Below are positions 22,700 to 34,849 of a stretch of 64,000 bases of DNA, one piece after another; the stretch's first letter is position 1; every line of letters starts with the position of its first letter. A program made the position numbers and the translations under genes. The notes under the pieces were generated by a model. It ran no database searches and was not told the DNA's origin. It saw only the letters and a program-made list of their open reading frames with translations. This stretch comes from Raillietiella orientalis (taxonomy: Eukaryota), in assembly GCA_036172245.1 (NCBI GenBank), contig JAYWIR010000034.1, forward strand, positions 1,364,001 through 1,428,000, given 5' to 3'.

Positions 22700-24590
22700 A
22701 GAGTTCCTCAGCAGCAGCTTCGGAGTCCTTCGGGAAAGCAATTTTCCTTTCCCGGGAAAGCAACTTCGGACGCTCGCGCGCGGACCTTATGCAAAGTGAC
22801 CACGCTGGTCTGCCTTCAGCTTCATTTACGACATCGTTCGAGGCATTCCCAGAGAGCTCGACCAAGCGAGATGCTCTGTCGCTGAGACTGAGGAAGGGGT
22901 AGTGTGAGCACACGCGTTCCCGACGAAAATGGGAGTGCCAGAAAGACCGTGGGGAAGGAACATGCAAGCGGAGGAGGAACCTCTCTGTGGCGATCTCCAA
23001 AGTTTCGAGTCTCGATCACGGAGGAGGATGGAGGAGGGAGACTCGCTCGCGGCGTGGGAGTGGGCAGAGGAGGTCTGACGCTGCTTGCCTTGAGTCGATT
23101 GGTGGAGACTGTCACTCTGGGAAAAAACGATCCGGGAACGGAGGGGTGGTGGAGAGGGAGTGGCGGAGGCAGTACAACGCGAAGCGTTTTGGAATGACTG
23201 GCGAGGAAGAAAGCTGGGAGACTTCCACCAGAGGAGGCTGGGGGCGTCCTTCATCTGCGGGTGTGGCGTCCGTATCTCCCCCGCGCACATCTGGCAGGAG
23301 ACAGTGGCTCCTTCCTTCGGAAGCTATTTTGGTCACCTACGAAGCGCTCCTTCACCTCCTTTCCTCCCTCCCCGGCATCCTCATCAACCGCATCAACAAA
23401 AACTCTGTACAGCCGATCGAGGGTGACTGTGTATCTCAAATGTTTGCTGCCATCTGGATCTTGCAGGAACTTCACAGAGAAGGAGGGAACCCTAACCGTG
23501 TCCCACCGCTTCAACCCTCATGCCTCGAAGAGGGGTCAACTTCGTAGGGAATAGGGGCGTTTAGAAAGAACTTCACATCCTCGATGCAGGGATTCTGCCG
23601 CAGGCAATGAAACCAGTGCATGAGTTTCCTTGCACTGACCATGCTGCTTGCCACAGCTTATCCTTCTCAGACAAGGAAGGAAAAGAAGGTGAACTTGAGG
23701 AGCTGTTCCGTCCCCCTGACTTCGCGCCTCTTCTCTTCACCCTCTTGCTCTTTCCCTCCAAGGTTCCAGAACACCAGAAGAAAACAATGGGTTCGAACAG
23801 GGACACTGCAAATCACGATGGATGCCAATGGGGAAGAAAGCTTGGGGCTGGACCTCCGGCAGTCCGCACTTCAAATGGAAGATGACTCTAATTCTCTCCT
23901 TGGTCTCCCAGGCAACAGGTGCTTCCGCACTCGTCCACACGGAGACGAGAATACACCCGTCGAAGTTCCCAGATCGCAGCTTGCGAGGCATCTCCCATCT
24001 CCACCTTCCGATCCAATCTCATCCTCCTCTCGTATGCTCGAGTGAAGTGTTCGTCCTCTCCGACCTTGGCCGGGGCAGAGTGGGGAGAAAGGCACCGAAC
24101 CACGACCTGGAAATGAAGGAGGGCTGCTGAAGGATAGAGCCCGGATCCACCCACGCACGGGTCGCCATTCTTCTGAGGCCACTCCCCAAAACCTGCTTGA
24201 AAGGAATTGTCGATCGTGACTTCCAAATCTCAGGTCGAGTGGGCTCCTCAGATGCTTTCTTGGTCTGGAGCGAGCTTTCGTCTTCCTCGAGGAAGACGAA
24301 AAGGCTCGACGGTTCGTCGCCACGTCGAAGGACTCAGCGGGCTCTCCGCGGTTCCTGCAGCAACGATAGGAGAGCTGCCCTGCTCCAGATTGCTCGGACT
24401 CCAGCTTCCCGCACAAGGGCGCTTGCAGATGGATGAGAATACCCCCCCACCCATCCCGACCCTCTGCGTCTTCAAGTGAGCGGTATTCCGGCAGAGGATG
24501 CTTGGCAGCGACAGAGTCTCTTACGCGAGTCCTGAGAGACTGCGCTCAGCCTCCCAACCCTCTGACCGAGCCATGGACCTATCGAGATCG
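22700..24590 (-). mobile_element. Ty3/gypsy pol relic (RT-RNase H-integrase)
   Basis: HGSVR..KHPLP; WGGILIH (YxDDILI); LAPDQESI; RFWGVASEEWRPVRG; VEMGDASQAAI/PVAWETK; DPDGSKHLRYTVTLDRLYRVF...CAR; SSILLRDRDSK; GTRVLTLPLPQSQRQS, all in gypsy order. Confidence 0.78.
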
Positions 24591-24879
24591 TCGCCTCCGG
24601 AGGAAAGTTCTCCTTTTCTAGCGCTTTCCTTCAGCAAACTGACTTTTCCTTCACCAGAGTTCCGCACCTGAAGGCAAGCGCGCCCCTCCTCCCCTTAAGA
24701 TCGAAGGAGAACGCGTCCACTGGAAGGGGGGAGGAACAGGAACCGAACGAAACCTTCCCACAGGGAAAACGCTCGTCACCCTTTTTTTTTTCCTCCCTCC
24801 TTCTCTTTCCTGGAGAAGGGAGGAGGGGGGGGGAAGGAGAATCATCAATATCCGGTGGGTGAAACGCAGCCGAGCCGGA

Positions 24880-25100
24880 TCTCATGCGCCCTCTCTGGTC
24901 CGGTGGTCTCCTGCATGAGAATTCCTCCTCCCTTTCGAAAAGAAAGGGGAATCCACCCCAGCTCCTGCTGCGTCAGGAGGAGAGACGGGATGCGACAGCA
25001 GGTGAGAGGAGGGGGAGGGGGAACGAAGAGAGAAGTTCTCAGATGCGTCCTCCTGGAGAGAAAAACATGCGCGCGGGAGCATTGTCCGCCGCATGCTTTT
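24880..25100 (+). mobile_element. Ty3/gypsy RNase H C-terminal fragment
   Basis: RQQVR and MRPPGEKNMRAGALS resemble RQARW...Y.PG.KN..ADALSR. Confidence 0.45.
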
Positions 25101-27779
25101 CTCTCCAGCGAGCGAGGCTGCAGACTGTTGGTTGCGACTCCTCCTCCAGAAGGATGCATTTCACCTCCCCCCCTCCTTTCCCTATCTTACTCTTTTCCTC
25201 TCCGGGCGGAGTCCCGACTTGCGGTTGCAGCTCTTCCTTTCACTCCCTTCTACCCTTTCTTGACGGCGCGCGAACCGTGGCCGGCTGTTCCGCTCCTGGA
25301 AACTCTGTCCCGAGTCTGGAATGCCAAGGAGTCATCTCCGTGCAAAACCTTCCCTTGAAGTAGCTCCAGCGGTTTCTTTTTCCTCCTCTTTTGTCTTTCT
25401 TCTTCTTCTTGCTCTCCCTTCTTTTGTTGGGAAGGTGCGCTTCCTGTCTTCAGTTCCGAATTCCTGGGTGCGTGAGTTCCTTTGCCTTCCCCCCCCCCCC
25501 CTTGTTTCTCCTTCCTCTTCCTCCCCGTCTTCCCCCCATCTTTCCTTGCCTCCTCTTCCTTGCCTTCCTCCATTCCTGTTTCGTACCTTCAAAAAGAAGG
25601 CAGGAAAGGCTAGATGCAGACCCGCGAAAGAAGAGAGCCGTGTGCGGGCGGAGGAAGAGTGGTGTCACGTGGAAGTGTGGATACATTCTCCTGGAGCAGC
25701 TGACTGGAGCTCTTGAGGCAGCAGGGAAGAGGGAAGAGGAGGAGTGAAAGGGCATCTCCCGGGGCAGCAGCTCAAGGATGGTTCCTCCCGTCCAGAAATT
25801 CCTTTGGAACGTGCAAGGGGGAGTCACTTCCTCAGTGGGTCTTTCGCCCAGTCAGTGTTCGGAATGCTGCGAACGTACGGCGGGAAGCAGTTTCTCTCCC
25901 GAGCTCCCGGATGCTTCGAGTTGCATCCTGCGGAGGAGGCTCTGAAAAAGAAGAAAAACCGGGAAGGTGACAAAAATATGGCTCCTTCAGAGTACCAGCT
26001 CTGAGGGGCTCGTGCGGCAAGTCGTGATCCCGGTGGTGGCGCCGGCTCCGTCTTGAAAAGCGCGTGCTCCCACTTTTATACGCGAATGCGTCGAAGAGAA
26101 AAGGAGAGGAAGGAAGTAAGGAAACCGCGTGAAATCGCTGAGGGGGAGCTGCGTAAAGTCGGCTGAATGCATTTCCCGCCGCACAGCGAAACTCGTGCCC
26201 GATCAGCGAAACGGCGGGAGAAGGCGCTAAAATTTCCCAGAGGCAGGCGAGACCGGAGTCTCGGCCGGGTGCAAGGCGGCGTTCCCCCAGGGGCAGGCTG
26301 CCCGATTCCTCGCACAGGCCATCATCCATCCTTCCAGGAGGAAGTTTTGTCCGACGCGCGTCGGAAAGGAATGGCAGAGTGGAGGCGCTGAGCAGTTGCT
26401 CTCCGCTCGACTGCCGTGCAGCCCTGTCCCCGGCCATCCATCCGGAGAAAGTCTGCGGAGCTGGAACAGGGTGGGTGTGGATGGGGAGTGAGGGTGCGTG
26501 GGCCGCGCTGCCAGAGCGAGCACGTGGCTCGAGAGATGGAAGAGGGGGAGGAGGGCGACGGGCAGAGAGGAACGGGGGGTAGGTGGGGAGGCAGAGAGGG
26601 GGAAAAGGGAAGGAGGGGTGGGAAGTAAACAAATTCCCGCCTCCTCCCTCTCGAATCGGATCTCGTTTCCGAGTGGTGAGGGAAAAAATGTGCGGCTCCA
26701 CGTGATTTAACGGGGCCACCTGCCGGGCGATCCGACAACAATCTGATGCGCGCGGGTACCGGCCGATGCCTCCTTTTGTCCTCCGCGCTGCAATCCCCGC
26801 GGAGTGACAGAGCAGACAACCGATAACGTCTCTCCGATCGCAGCCCCAACAGCGACACGAGAACATGAGGCAGACAATGGCTGGACGCATTCTGGAGAGC
26901 AAGGAAAACACAACCACAGGACGGGCGCTGCGAGAGGGAGGTAAACAAACAGCCGCCGCTGATTTTTCTCCTCCTCTTCTTGCACACGGATTTCCAGAGG
27001 GAATCAATTTGGGGAAGGGGGGAGGACCGTGGTCCATTCCACGGTTCCCCCTTCCTGGTTTCGAAGTCTCCGTAGAGAGAGAGGTGTCGGGGCTGCCGCT
27101 CCCCACATCCCCTTTACCTCCACCCCTCTCCCCCTCTCTCTTCCCCTTCTCTCCAGTTTCCTTAGGAAACAAGATAATTGCTTCGCGTGCTTGTATGAGT
27201 TCCTCTTCATCCTTCTTCTCCCTTTCGGTCTTTCCTTTTGTTTACCTTCCCTCCTCCTCTCTCCCCGCTCTGCTTGCAAATGACTCGGCGTGATTTCAGA
27301 AGGGTTAATGCCGCCCCCGGTTCATGCGACGCCGCACGCCGACACGCTGGTCGCCCGCGCGCGCGCGGTCAGGTTGCATACCTCACCAGGTCGGTCGTAC
27401 GGTCGCTGCAGACGACCGCACACGGCTGACACGGAAACGACGCAAAAAATGGCACCTCTCGTGGAGGCCTCAATGGAGGTGATCCAATAAAGGTCTCGAG
27501 CTTGATCGCTGTTGCCGTTTCTCTGAAAGATGCATCGAAGACCATGCGGTTCTCCTGAAGACTGTAAGTCGATTCTCAGCCGGATGCGCCGGGGCATTTA
27601 TTCTTTCGAATAAAAAATATTTGCAGAATCTGTGGCTGGACCCAGTCCAGCCACGCGCTAGATGTGCAAAGCCTGCCGGGTCACCGGTTCGCAGACTGGT
27701 GCGGTTCACCTCGGCAGCAGAAGGGCAGGGGCATAAACAAAAAGAAAAACTAAAATGAAAAATAAATCAAAGAACTGTA

Positions 27780-28560
27780 AGGGTGCGGGAAGGGATTACA
27801 GTCTGCTGGAAGGGTCCGTCACATCCTCTGGAGGATGCCGGCAAGCCCTTCCTGTATGTCGACTTCCAGGTGGGGCCATCATGTCGTCATCCTCAGGAAG
27901 CAGATGGCGTATTCGTTGGCATCCCTGTTTCTGGGTTCTCCCGTCGCGTTGTTCCATGCAGCGACGAGTCCACGTAGGCAGCACAGGGCTGCTAGCAAGG
28001 CCGCTGGCGACAGAGAGTCTCGGACGAAGAGGGGTCGCATAGCGTCTCTGGGGTTGCCACACAGGGTTCCCAGGGCCGCGGTAAAGCGTTCCTATAGGGA
28101 CCGGAGGGCAACGCAGTCCACTAAGAGGTGGGAAAGGGATTCTCCTTCCCCGCACCTAACACACTTGGGGTCGACACCCCCCCCGTGTCCAGTGGTGACG
28201 GAGGGCGTTGCATGGGAGACCCCAATGCATCACCAGCAGTGCCGAATGCTCCCACTTCATAGGGAGGGTGCGCGTGTCCATCAGTACCGGGGGCCACTTC
28301 AGGTTTCCCACCGGAACTTCCAGCAGTTCGCCCCAGCTCAAGAGTCCATGCGGGGCTGTAGTCGGGGTCGCAGCATTGGTCAGCTGACCCATTCTCCATT
28401 CCCCGATCCTCTTCTCCTTTCCAAAGATTTTCACGAAAACTTCCCATTCTGCCGCGATGTCGCTTCACAGATGTTCCCTGAGGAAGGACAACGCCACAAC
28501 AAGGGAAGTTCTTTCTGCCCACGCGCTTTTTCGGGGATCCTCCAAGATCTCTTGGAGCGT
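27780..28560 (-). mobile_element. Ty3/gypsy Gag knuckle, protease and RT-start relic
   Basis: Frameshifted PCCGVV../GNIC knuckle, VPVGNLKWPPVLMDT (DTG-like), PGNPVWQPQRRYA, AWNNA, EYAICF. Confidence 0.5.
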
Positions 28561-29259
28561 GCGGATGTTGTGCCGAGAGAAAAGGAATCTTCGCACCTGT
28601 TCCGTGCGTTGCTCGTGGATCCTCTCCCACAGGCGAACGGTTTCCTGAAACTAGGCACTACCGTTCGAGGGTCGTATGGAGATCCATCCCGGGCTGTTCC
28701 TCGTGAGTTCGGCCACCCTCCGAAGCAGCAGTCCACAGTGGAAGATGGGGCTTTGGAGTGCAAGGTAGGATGCAAGTCCCGCATTTCCGGTGGCCTGTTT
28801 GACGAGGAGGCGTGAAGGGTCGCACCAGGTAGTGCTCCGCTCCCCATTCTAGACTATAGTCGAGAATGGGGAGCGAAAAGGATCACTCGCATCCGTGCTT
28901 TCTTCTCCAGAGCCAGGAAGAGCAGTCTTCTCCTCTCTTCCACCTCCTTCTCTTCCCCCTCTCCTCCTCTTCCTCCTCGTCTTTCCTTCTCAGCTCATGC
29001 ATGTTTGCAAGCGGAGAGAGCGCGCGATGCGACAGGGGCGGTCTCTGCTTGGGAAGACTCCCGATTCCTCTCCCTTCCCCCTTCCCTTTTCCATGTTGTG
29101 AGATGGGAGAAGTGGAGAATTGTCTGCTCTCCCTTCCTGTCACTGTGGAGCAGTAGGAACGATCGACAATGACGCAAACCCATATCCTTCGTGGACAGAA
29201 AGAGGAAGAGGCTCGGTTGTGGCTCCCGGTGAAGGTTGCTACTCTCTAAGAGAGCAAGG

Positions 29260-29640
29260 AAGACGAATGATGGGACTCCTGAGCTCACTTCTGGGTCACA
29301 TGAGGGTTCTGGTCCAAAAGTCAGTTCGTGCGGTCGCTCATCGAGGCTTCCTCTGGTGCTGGCACTGCTTTCGCCCTCGCGATCACTTTTTCTTCTTCTG
29401 TATCCACCACTGGAAACTTAGTCTTCGTCCGCGGTCGCACGCTGTGAGAAGGGTCAACAGCTCAGGCGTGAAACACGATGTATGATTTCATCCAGGGAGG
29501 AGGAGAAACAGGAGAGGCATGCATTCCCCAGAGACTACGTGCGTTCGTGGTCCCCAGGGACTCAACACTTGACAGGAAAAGACCGAACCACCTGCGCCAT
29601 GCAGGTAGGAGGGGAATGGACCCTCAGGGGAAGGTGGGAA
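29260..29640 (+). mobile_element. Ty3/gypsy integrase core fragment
   Basis: GTPELTSGSHEG, RPRSHAVRRVNS (HPQS.G.VERVN), CIPQRLRAF...STL...PNHL..GR. Confidence 0.4.
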
Positions 29641-31399
29641 GTAAGAACGCTGCGCTCTCCTGACGCTGGAAGCTAGAGCACTTCCATGGATCACAGGGGG
29701 ATCTTCGAATCGGACTCTCAGCTTTCCAGGAATGACTGAAGGTTACGAGGATATGCCCTCGTAACCAAGCTCCAACTCACTGGGTACTGATCTTGGATGT
29801 TCCATCCCCTACTTCCGCGTCGCAGCGGCTGTGCTGGAAACTGCACGGCTGTTCCAGGTGGGCCCTCTAATTCCCTCCATTGTGTTGTTTCCAGAGGTCC
29901 TCCTCAAGGTTGCGACTTTTCTTGCTGCCGTTAAAGGCACAGAGATGGCAAGAGGGATGCAGAAAGCGGAACAACTGATGTCCCCGCAATGCCTGCGCGT
30001 TTGACCACGCCTACTCTCTAGAAACTCTTGCGCTATTCTCTCACCCCCCCCCCCTCCCCCCCTTATCGTGGGCACGAACTGTGGACAATCTTTCTTCGGA
30101 TGTCAGTGAGGGGAGAGTTGACAAGGAGGGGGAAAGGGGGCTCCAGCCTAGAGGAGGAAGAGGACGTCCTTGCCATCCACCCTCATGCCCGCTCCCTGTC
30201 CTTTGACCTTTTTCCTCCTTTCTCCAGTCACGACCAATTCCCTTCCTGCCTTGCTTTCTTCATAGGCCGACGAATCTGGGCCTTGGAAGCCCTCTTTCCG
30301 GCATCAGACGGCTCAGGGTATCCTCCTGCTCTCCCTTGCAAGGACTCGCGTCCATAGGAGAAGGAAATCTCTGGGAGGCTGTGAAGGAGAACGGCTAAAG
30401 CGACACAGCTGTCCCTTCCTCCTCCACTTTTTCCCCGCTTGACCCCCCTCTTCCCCAGGAAAATCCATGGTTATGATTGTCGCTGACAGTTGCGGTTCCT
30501 GAGATGGCCGGGGTTCCTTGTAGGGTTCTCCGATACAAAACGCAATCACCTGACACATTTCTCCGTTGCCATGCTGATGACTTCACCGTGAAAGAGGAGC
30601 AGCAAAAGAAAAGAAAAAAGAGAAGGGTCAACTTTTAGATAACCCCTATGGAGACTTGCAGTCGATTCTGACATCAAGGGAATAGGAGAAGGAATAGGTT
30701 CTCCCTCCTTCGTCACGGCAGCAGTGGTCAGTACTCCTTTGCCAGATGACATCGAAACCAAGTAGTGCAGGGCTGGATCGGAGCGGATGAGTCCGCAGGT
30801 GACTGGCAGCGGGTCGGAGGAAGTGCGGCAGTGAAGAGGTGAAGCGTGGACCAGCTCAGCGCCGGCTCCCCATCTTGGCACGCGGCAGCATGCCATCTTG
30901 CAATCAAGGGACAGCGTGAGAGGTGACGATAGGTTCGCCTGCACTCATGGATGCCGACAGCCCTACCCGTCCCCGGTCTTCCATTCATCAACTCTCTCCA
31001 CTCTTTCTTGCCTCTGCATCCTTTCTTCCAGATTCCGCTAATGCCAAGCACCGGGAAAGGGAAGGCAAACGCTACCCGGGTGCTCTGTCTCCTGGACAGC
31101 TGTTCCTCTATGTCTTCTGTTTCTCCGAAGTGATGTTAGAAGCGGGTTTTCCAAATGACCGCGCCCCGTGCTTACAGTCTAAAACCCAACTACGACTTTT
31201 CCTCCGCTTCCTCCATCCCCCACCCGAGGCTACTAGGTGCGCAGCAGTGGTTTCAGAAAATCACATAGTCTCAGCTTTTTCGATGCTCAGGAACAAGCCA
31301 CCTGTTCTCAGTGAGAATCCGATTGCTTAGAGGTCTTCAGTGCCTCCACTCTCATCCCGATCCTCCGCGAGGAGCAAAGTGATCTGGACTTCGTTCCCA

Positions 31400-31820
31400 T
31401 GTGCAGAGCACTTCCATGAAAAGAACCGACGACCTCACGAGCAGACCTCGGCAGTTCGCACAACTGCTGGTGCCGAACCCAAAAAAGCATGATGATGAAA
31501 CTGAGCCACTACACTCTCAGCATCCACACCACAGATTGCCTGGCAACCAGGAGAACGCAAGCGAGCGAAGATGGGGAACCTTTAAACAGGCGATCGGACC
31601 TTCCCATTCGATGAACTATACGAAGCGCGCGAGTTTGCCTCTGGGGCACGCATGCGCGCTGGGAATACCCAGATCAAAGAGAAGAATGGGAGGACATCTC
31701 CTAATCTGAACAAAATCGTGAATCCAGAGACCTTCCAAACGCCGGGGATCTTCTCCGCTTCCGCTATTTCCGCTTACTCCACTCTGCACTTCTTGGACTC
31801 GGGTGTGCGCTTGCAGGCGG
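31400..31820 (+). mobile_element. Ty1/copia-like integrase core fragment
   Basis: KRTDD, HHRLPGNQENASERRWGTFK (PQQNG.AER..RTL), LNKIVNPETFQTP. Confidence 0.38.
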
Positions 31821-32209
31821 AACCACCTACGAGGAGCAGTGAGGGTCGAACGCGCCGATGGTGCTCGATGCGTGTTATTTGATGAGTATCCACGATCTCC
31901 GTGCGCGGAATCCCGTCTCCATCCCGACCACTTGGTCCATGGAGCAACGAAAGGAAAATGAGTGCAGGTGACCTCGAAACAACCAATGCCGAGAGACGAC
32001 TTGAAACTCCGACTTTCGTCTCGGACTTTTCAACGTCTCCTGTTCTCGAGAACGCTCCAGCAGCTCTGGGAGAACGAGAAAAAAGGATCAAATGCGGAAA
32101 AATGTCTTTCCTTTTTCGCTCTTCCGCTGTAAGAGTTCTGAGAGTAGGATCCTTAGGAGAGTGGGGCCTGAATGTGGGATGCACAGGGTTCTTTCGATTG
32201 CTCCGTCGG

Positions 32210-32790
32210 GTTCCGAAAACATGGAGAAGACGATGGATGATGTGTACCCAGTATTGCTATGGCATTTACAGGGACATATTTGAGTCGTTGGCCAGACTGA
32301 ACAGCTGTCGGTTAAGCTTGCCCTGGAGATCTCTGGAGAATCTAGGTCGGCTGCTGTTCCTCCGAGCATCTGAGGAAGACTTCGGTTGTCACCACGAACC
32401 TCTTGTGTTCATTCCATTCTTTCGAAACGCTCTGACTCTCCTTCGAGAAGAGTTCTGCACACGATGCAGGTGAATCTCCAGCACGTCAGGGATGCGGACG
32501 TTGGCCAGTTGACTGAAGCTGAATCTCTCCTGACTTGCGGACGGCTGGTTGATCCGTGGCAAGAAGCACTTCGTACTTCGAAAGAAAGGATTTGCTGTTT
32601 GGGTAGTACGAACCAGTAGTCCACATGAAGGCATTCCCAGAGCCTTCTCGCTCTTTCAGGGTTCCTCGTCCTCAAGTGGATGGTTTCCGCGGTGAGGCGA
32701 GGGTGTTGTTTGGCAGGTTCTCTGCCACAGCTAGGACAGGAGATGTTTTGCGTCCTGCGCATGCCAGCCATGCGTCTCGCACCGGGAGTT
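32210..32790 (-). mobile_element. Ty3/gypsy integrase relic
   Basis: ISCPSC...RLWECLHVDY; RIPDVLEIH/AELFSKESQSVSKEWN; DNRSLPQML; HSNTGYTSSIVF. Confidence 0.65.
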
Positions 32791-33519
32791 TTCGCCAATG
32801 TGCCGCCCAGTCTGACTAGCTGAATTTCCGCCATCGTGAGAACATGCAGCCAGAGTTAATAATTCTGGCCCTGTGCAGCGAAGCATAGAACGTGAAATCA
32901 AAAATGCAGCTGTAGACACGTGACCAAGGCCATTTTAAAAACGACAGACTGGTACTCGGAGATCAGTCACTCGAGTCTCTTAAAAAAAGTTTCATCCCTA
33001 TTCCCCGCGAGGTGGTTTTTTCGCACCCTTTCGTATCGCGGCAGCTGAACCTCGTCGAAACTTGCTCGCAGTGGCCATTTTTACATCGCTGTTCGGGGAT
33101 ATGGGGAAACAAATACAAGAAAGCGAAGCGGAAGCAACGAAGAGGAACAAAACGGTTTGTATTGCGGAGAAGGAAAAATGGGTGGTGTATGTGTGTGTGT
33201 GTGGGGGGGGAGGGATTCTTGAATTTATGCAACCCTGATGGTTTGAAGTATTCCGCAAGAGGGCTTCAGGTTCGAGCAGATAGGAGACAGAAATGCGGGG
33301 AACCAAGGATCAACTCATTTTTTGAGGAAAAACATATCTGCACCTTATCATTCATCCCTTTAGAGGGCAACTATGCCGGGAGACGGTCTCCTCCTCCCCG
33401 AAGATTCTTTCTTGAGCAATCGCAGTTGCTGTATTCCAGAGTTCTTTCACAGTCATGGTTCCGGAGAGAGGATAAGCTTCTGCTTTTGCTCTTCTGAGGA
33501 CATTGGCATTCACGGAGTG

Positions 33520-34020
33520 ATCCGCCATTCCTGTTGGTCAGCATCTCTTTGATCGCTTAATTGTTCCAAAATTTGGCTGGGGACAAGCTTTCCTGCGCTC
33601 TTTCTAGAGGGAGAAAATGGATAATTGGCGTGGTCGCCCCGTCCCGGAGAGCCTCCAGGGGAGCGGGACTGCGCTTAAAAATAGTCCCAAAAAGTGCGTG
33701 CCGCTTCTTCTCCTCCTTCTCCTCTTGCCATTCCTCAAAGGCCGCCTCGAACTCTGCTATGCAATAAGTGAGAGAGAAGTGAGGCAGCAGGAGAAAGCTC
33801 TCTCCTGGACCGAAATCGAAGCGCCGTCGCTTCGAAGAGCTTTGACACTTGCGGACACATCCCGTGCTTGTCCCTTGCGAGAGTTGCCAGGCCCCAGACA
33901 CCCTCTCGGGCGCTTTGACGACGAACGACCATCAGTTTATCCGCCGAAATTATCAAGAGAGCCCCATACTTCTAGAGTTCCTCGGTTCCTGGGTCTTTTA
34001 GGGGCCGCATTATAGGGGTG
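33520..34020 (+). mobile_element. Ty3/gypsy RT C-half relic
   Basis: GLRLK/PKKC, LCYAISEREVR..EK, RFLGLLG/HYR. Confidence 0.55.
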
Positions 34021-34849
34021 TATGTGTTTTTTAAATGAACCTAATATTTTTTTCTGGATGATGAATAGCATCCAATCGAGAGATGGGAAACATTCTTCTT
34101 ATTTTCTAAAGGTAACATATGCGTTCTCAGTCGCTCAAAAAAGCAAGACAAAAAAAAAAAAAAAAAGAGGAGGAGGAAGAAGAGAGAAAAGACAAAAGAA
34201 CAGAAGAAACCGATCGATAAATCGCTTATGAAGCTTATCCATCTGACAGGGGTACACGGGGTGATTGATAACAAGAGTAAATCCCGAGATAAGAAGAGAT
34301 TTATGGATTTCGGCTGACACAGGAATAATTCAATTTTCTTCTTCGGCGTGCGCGCTTTGGTCTCGCCTCTGCGCTTGCGGAGGAGAGGAATCTGCGGCAG
34401 CAGAGGGCCGCGCGAAAGCTTGTTGTCCCCAGGGATCATTTGTATTAATAAAAAGCAGCGCATTTGTATTCATTTGGTTCCAAATAATAATAGTAGTAGA
34501 CCTGGCTTCTCCTTTGGTTCCTGCTTTCCCTTCCCACTTCGTGTGATGCTGAGAGCGGGTCCGGTGTCACCTTGAAATCAGAACAGGAGGTGCCGGAGAT
34601 CGATTTTCGCCGGGTTCGTTTCGAACCATCCCTCCTCCTCCTCCTTGCCCTCCTTCCGATGGATTGCGCGTGCTCGACGGCAGCGAACCTGCAGGAATGA
34701 AATTGCCTTCCTCCCCCTTCTTTTTCTCTCTTTTTTTCTTCTTTCTGCCAAGTAGGCGACGGCGACCCGCGTGTCCGTCATCCCTCCAGTTGGCTGTCGC
34801 GGAAACATCATTGCCGTCAGAGCCGCGCATCTCCGCCGTTAATGGTGAT

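Noticed and set aside
27298..27310. AGGGTTAA as a piggyBac terminus
   Set aside because: No matching TTAACCCT end or terminal inverted repeat found.
27835..28815. 326-aa plus-strand ORF as a gene
   Set aside because: It is antisense to the Gag/protease/RT relic and has no recognisable domain.
31467..31482. TGGTGCCGAACCC as a tRNA-Phe primer-binding site
   Set aside because: Imperfect match, no adjacent LTR end, and it lies inside a putative integrase fragment.
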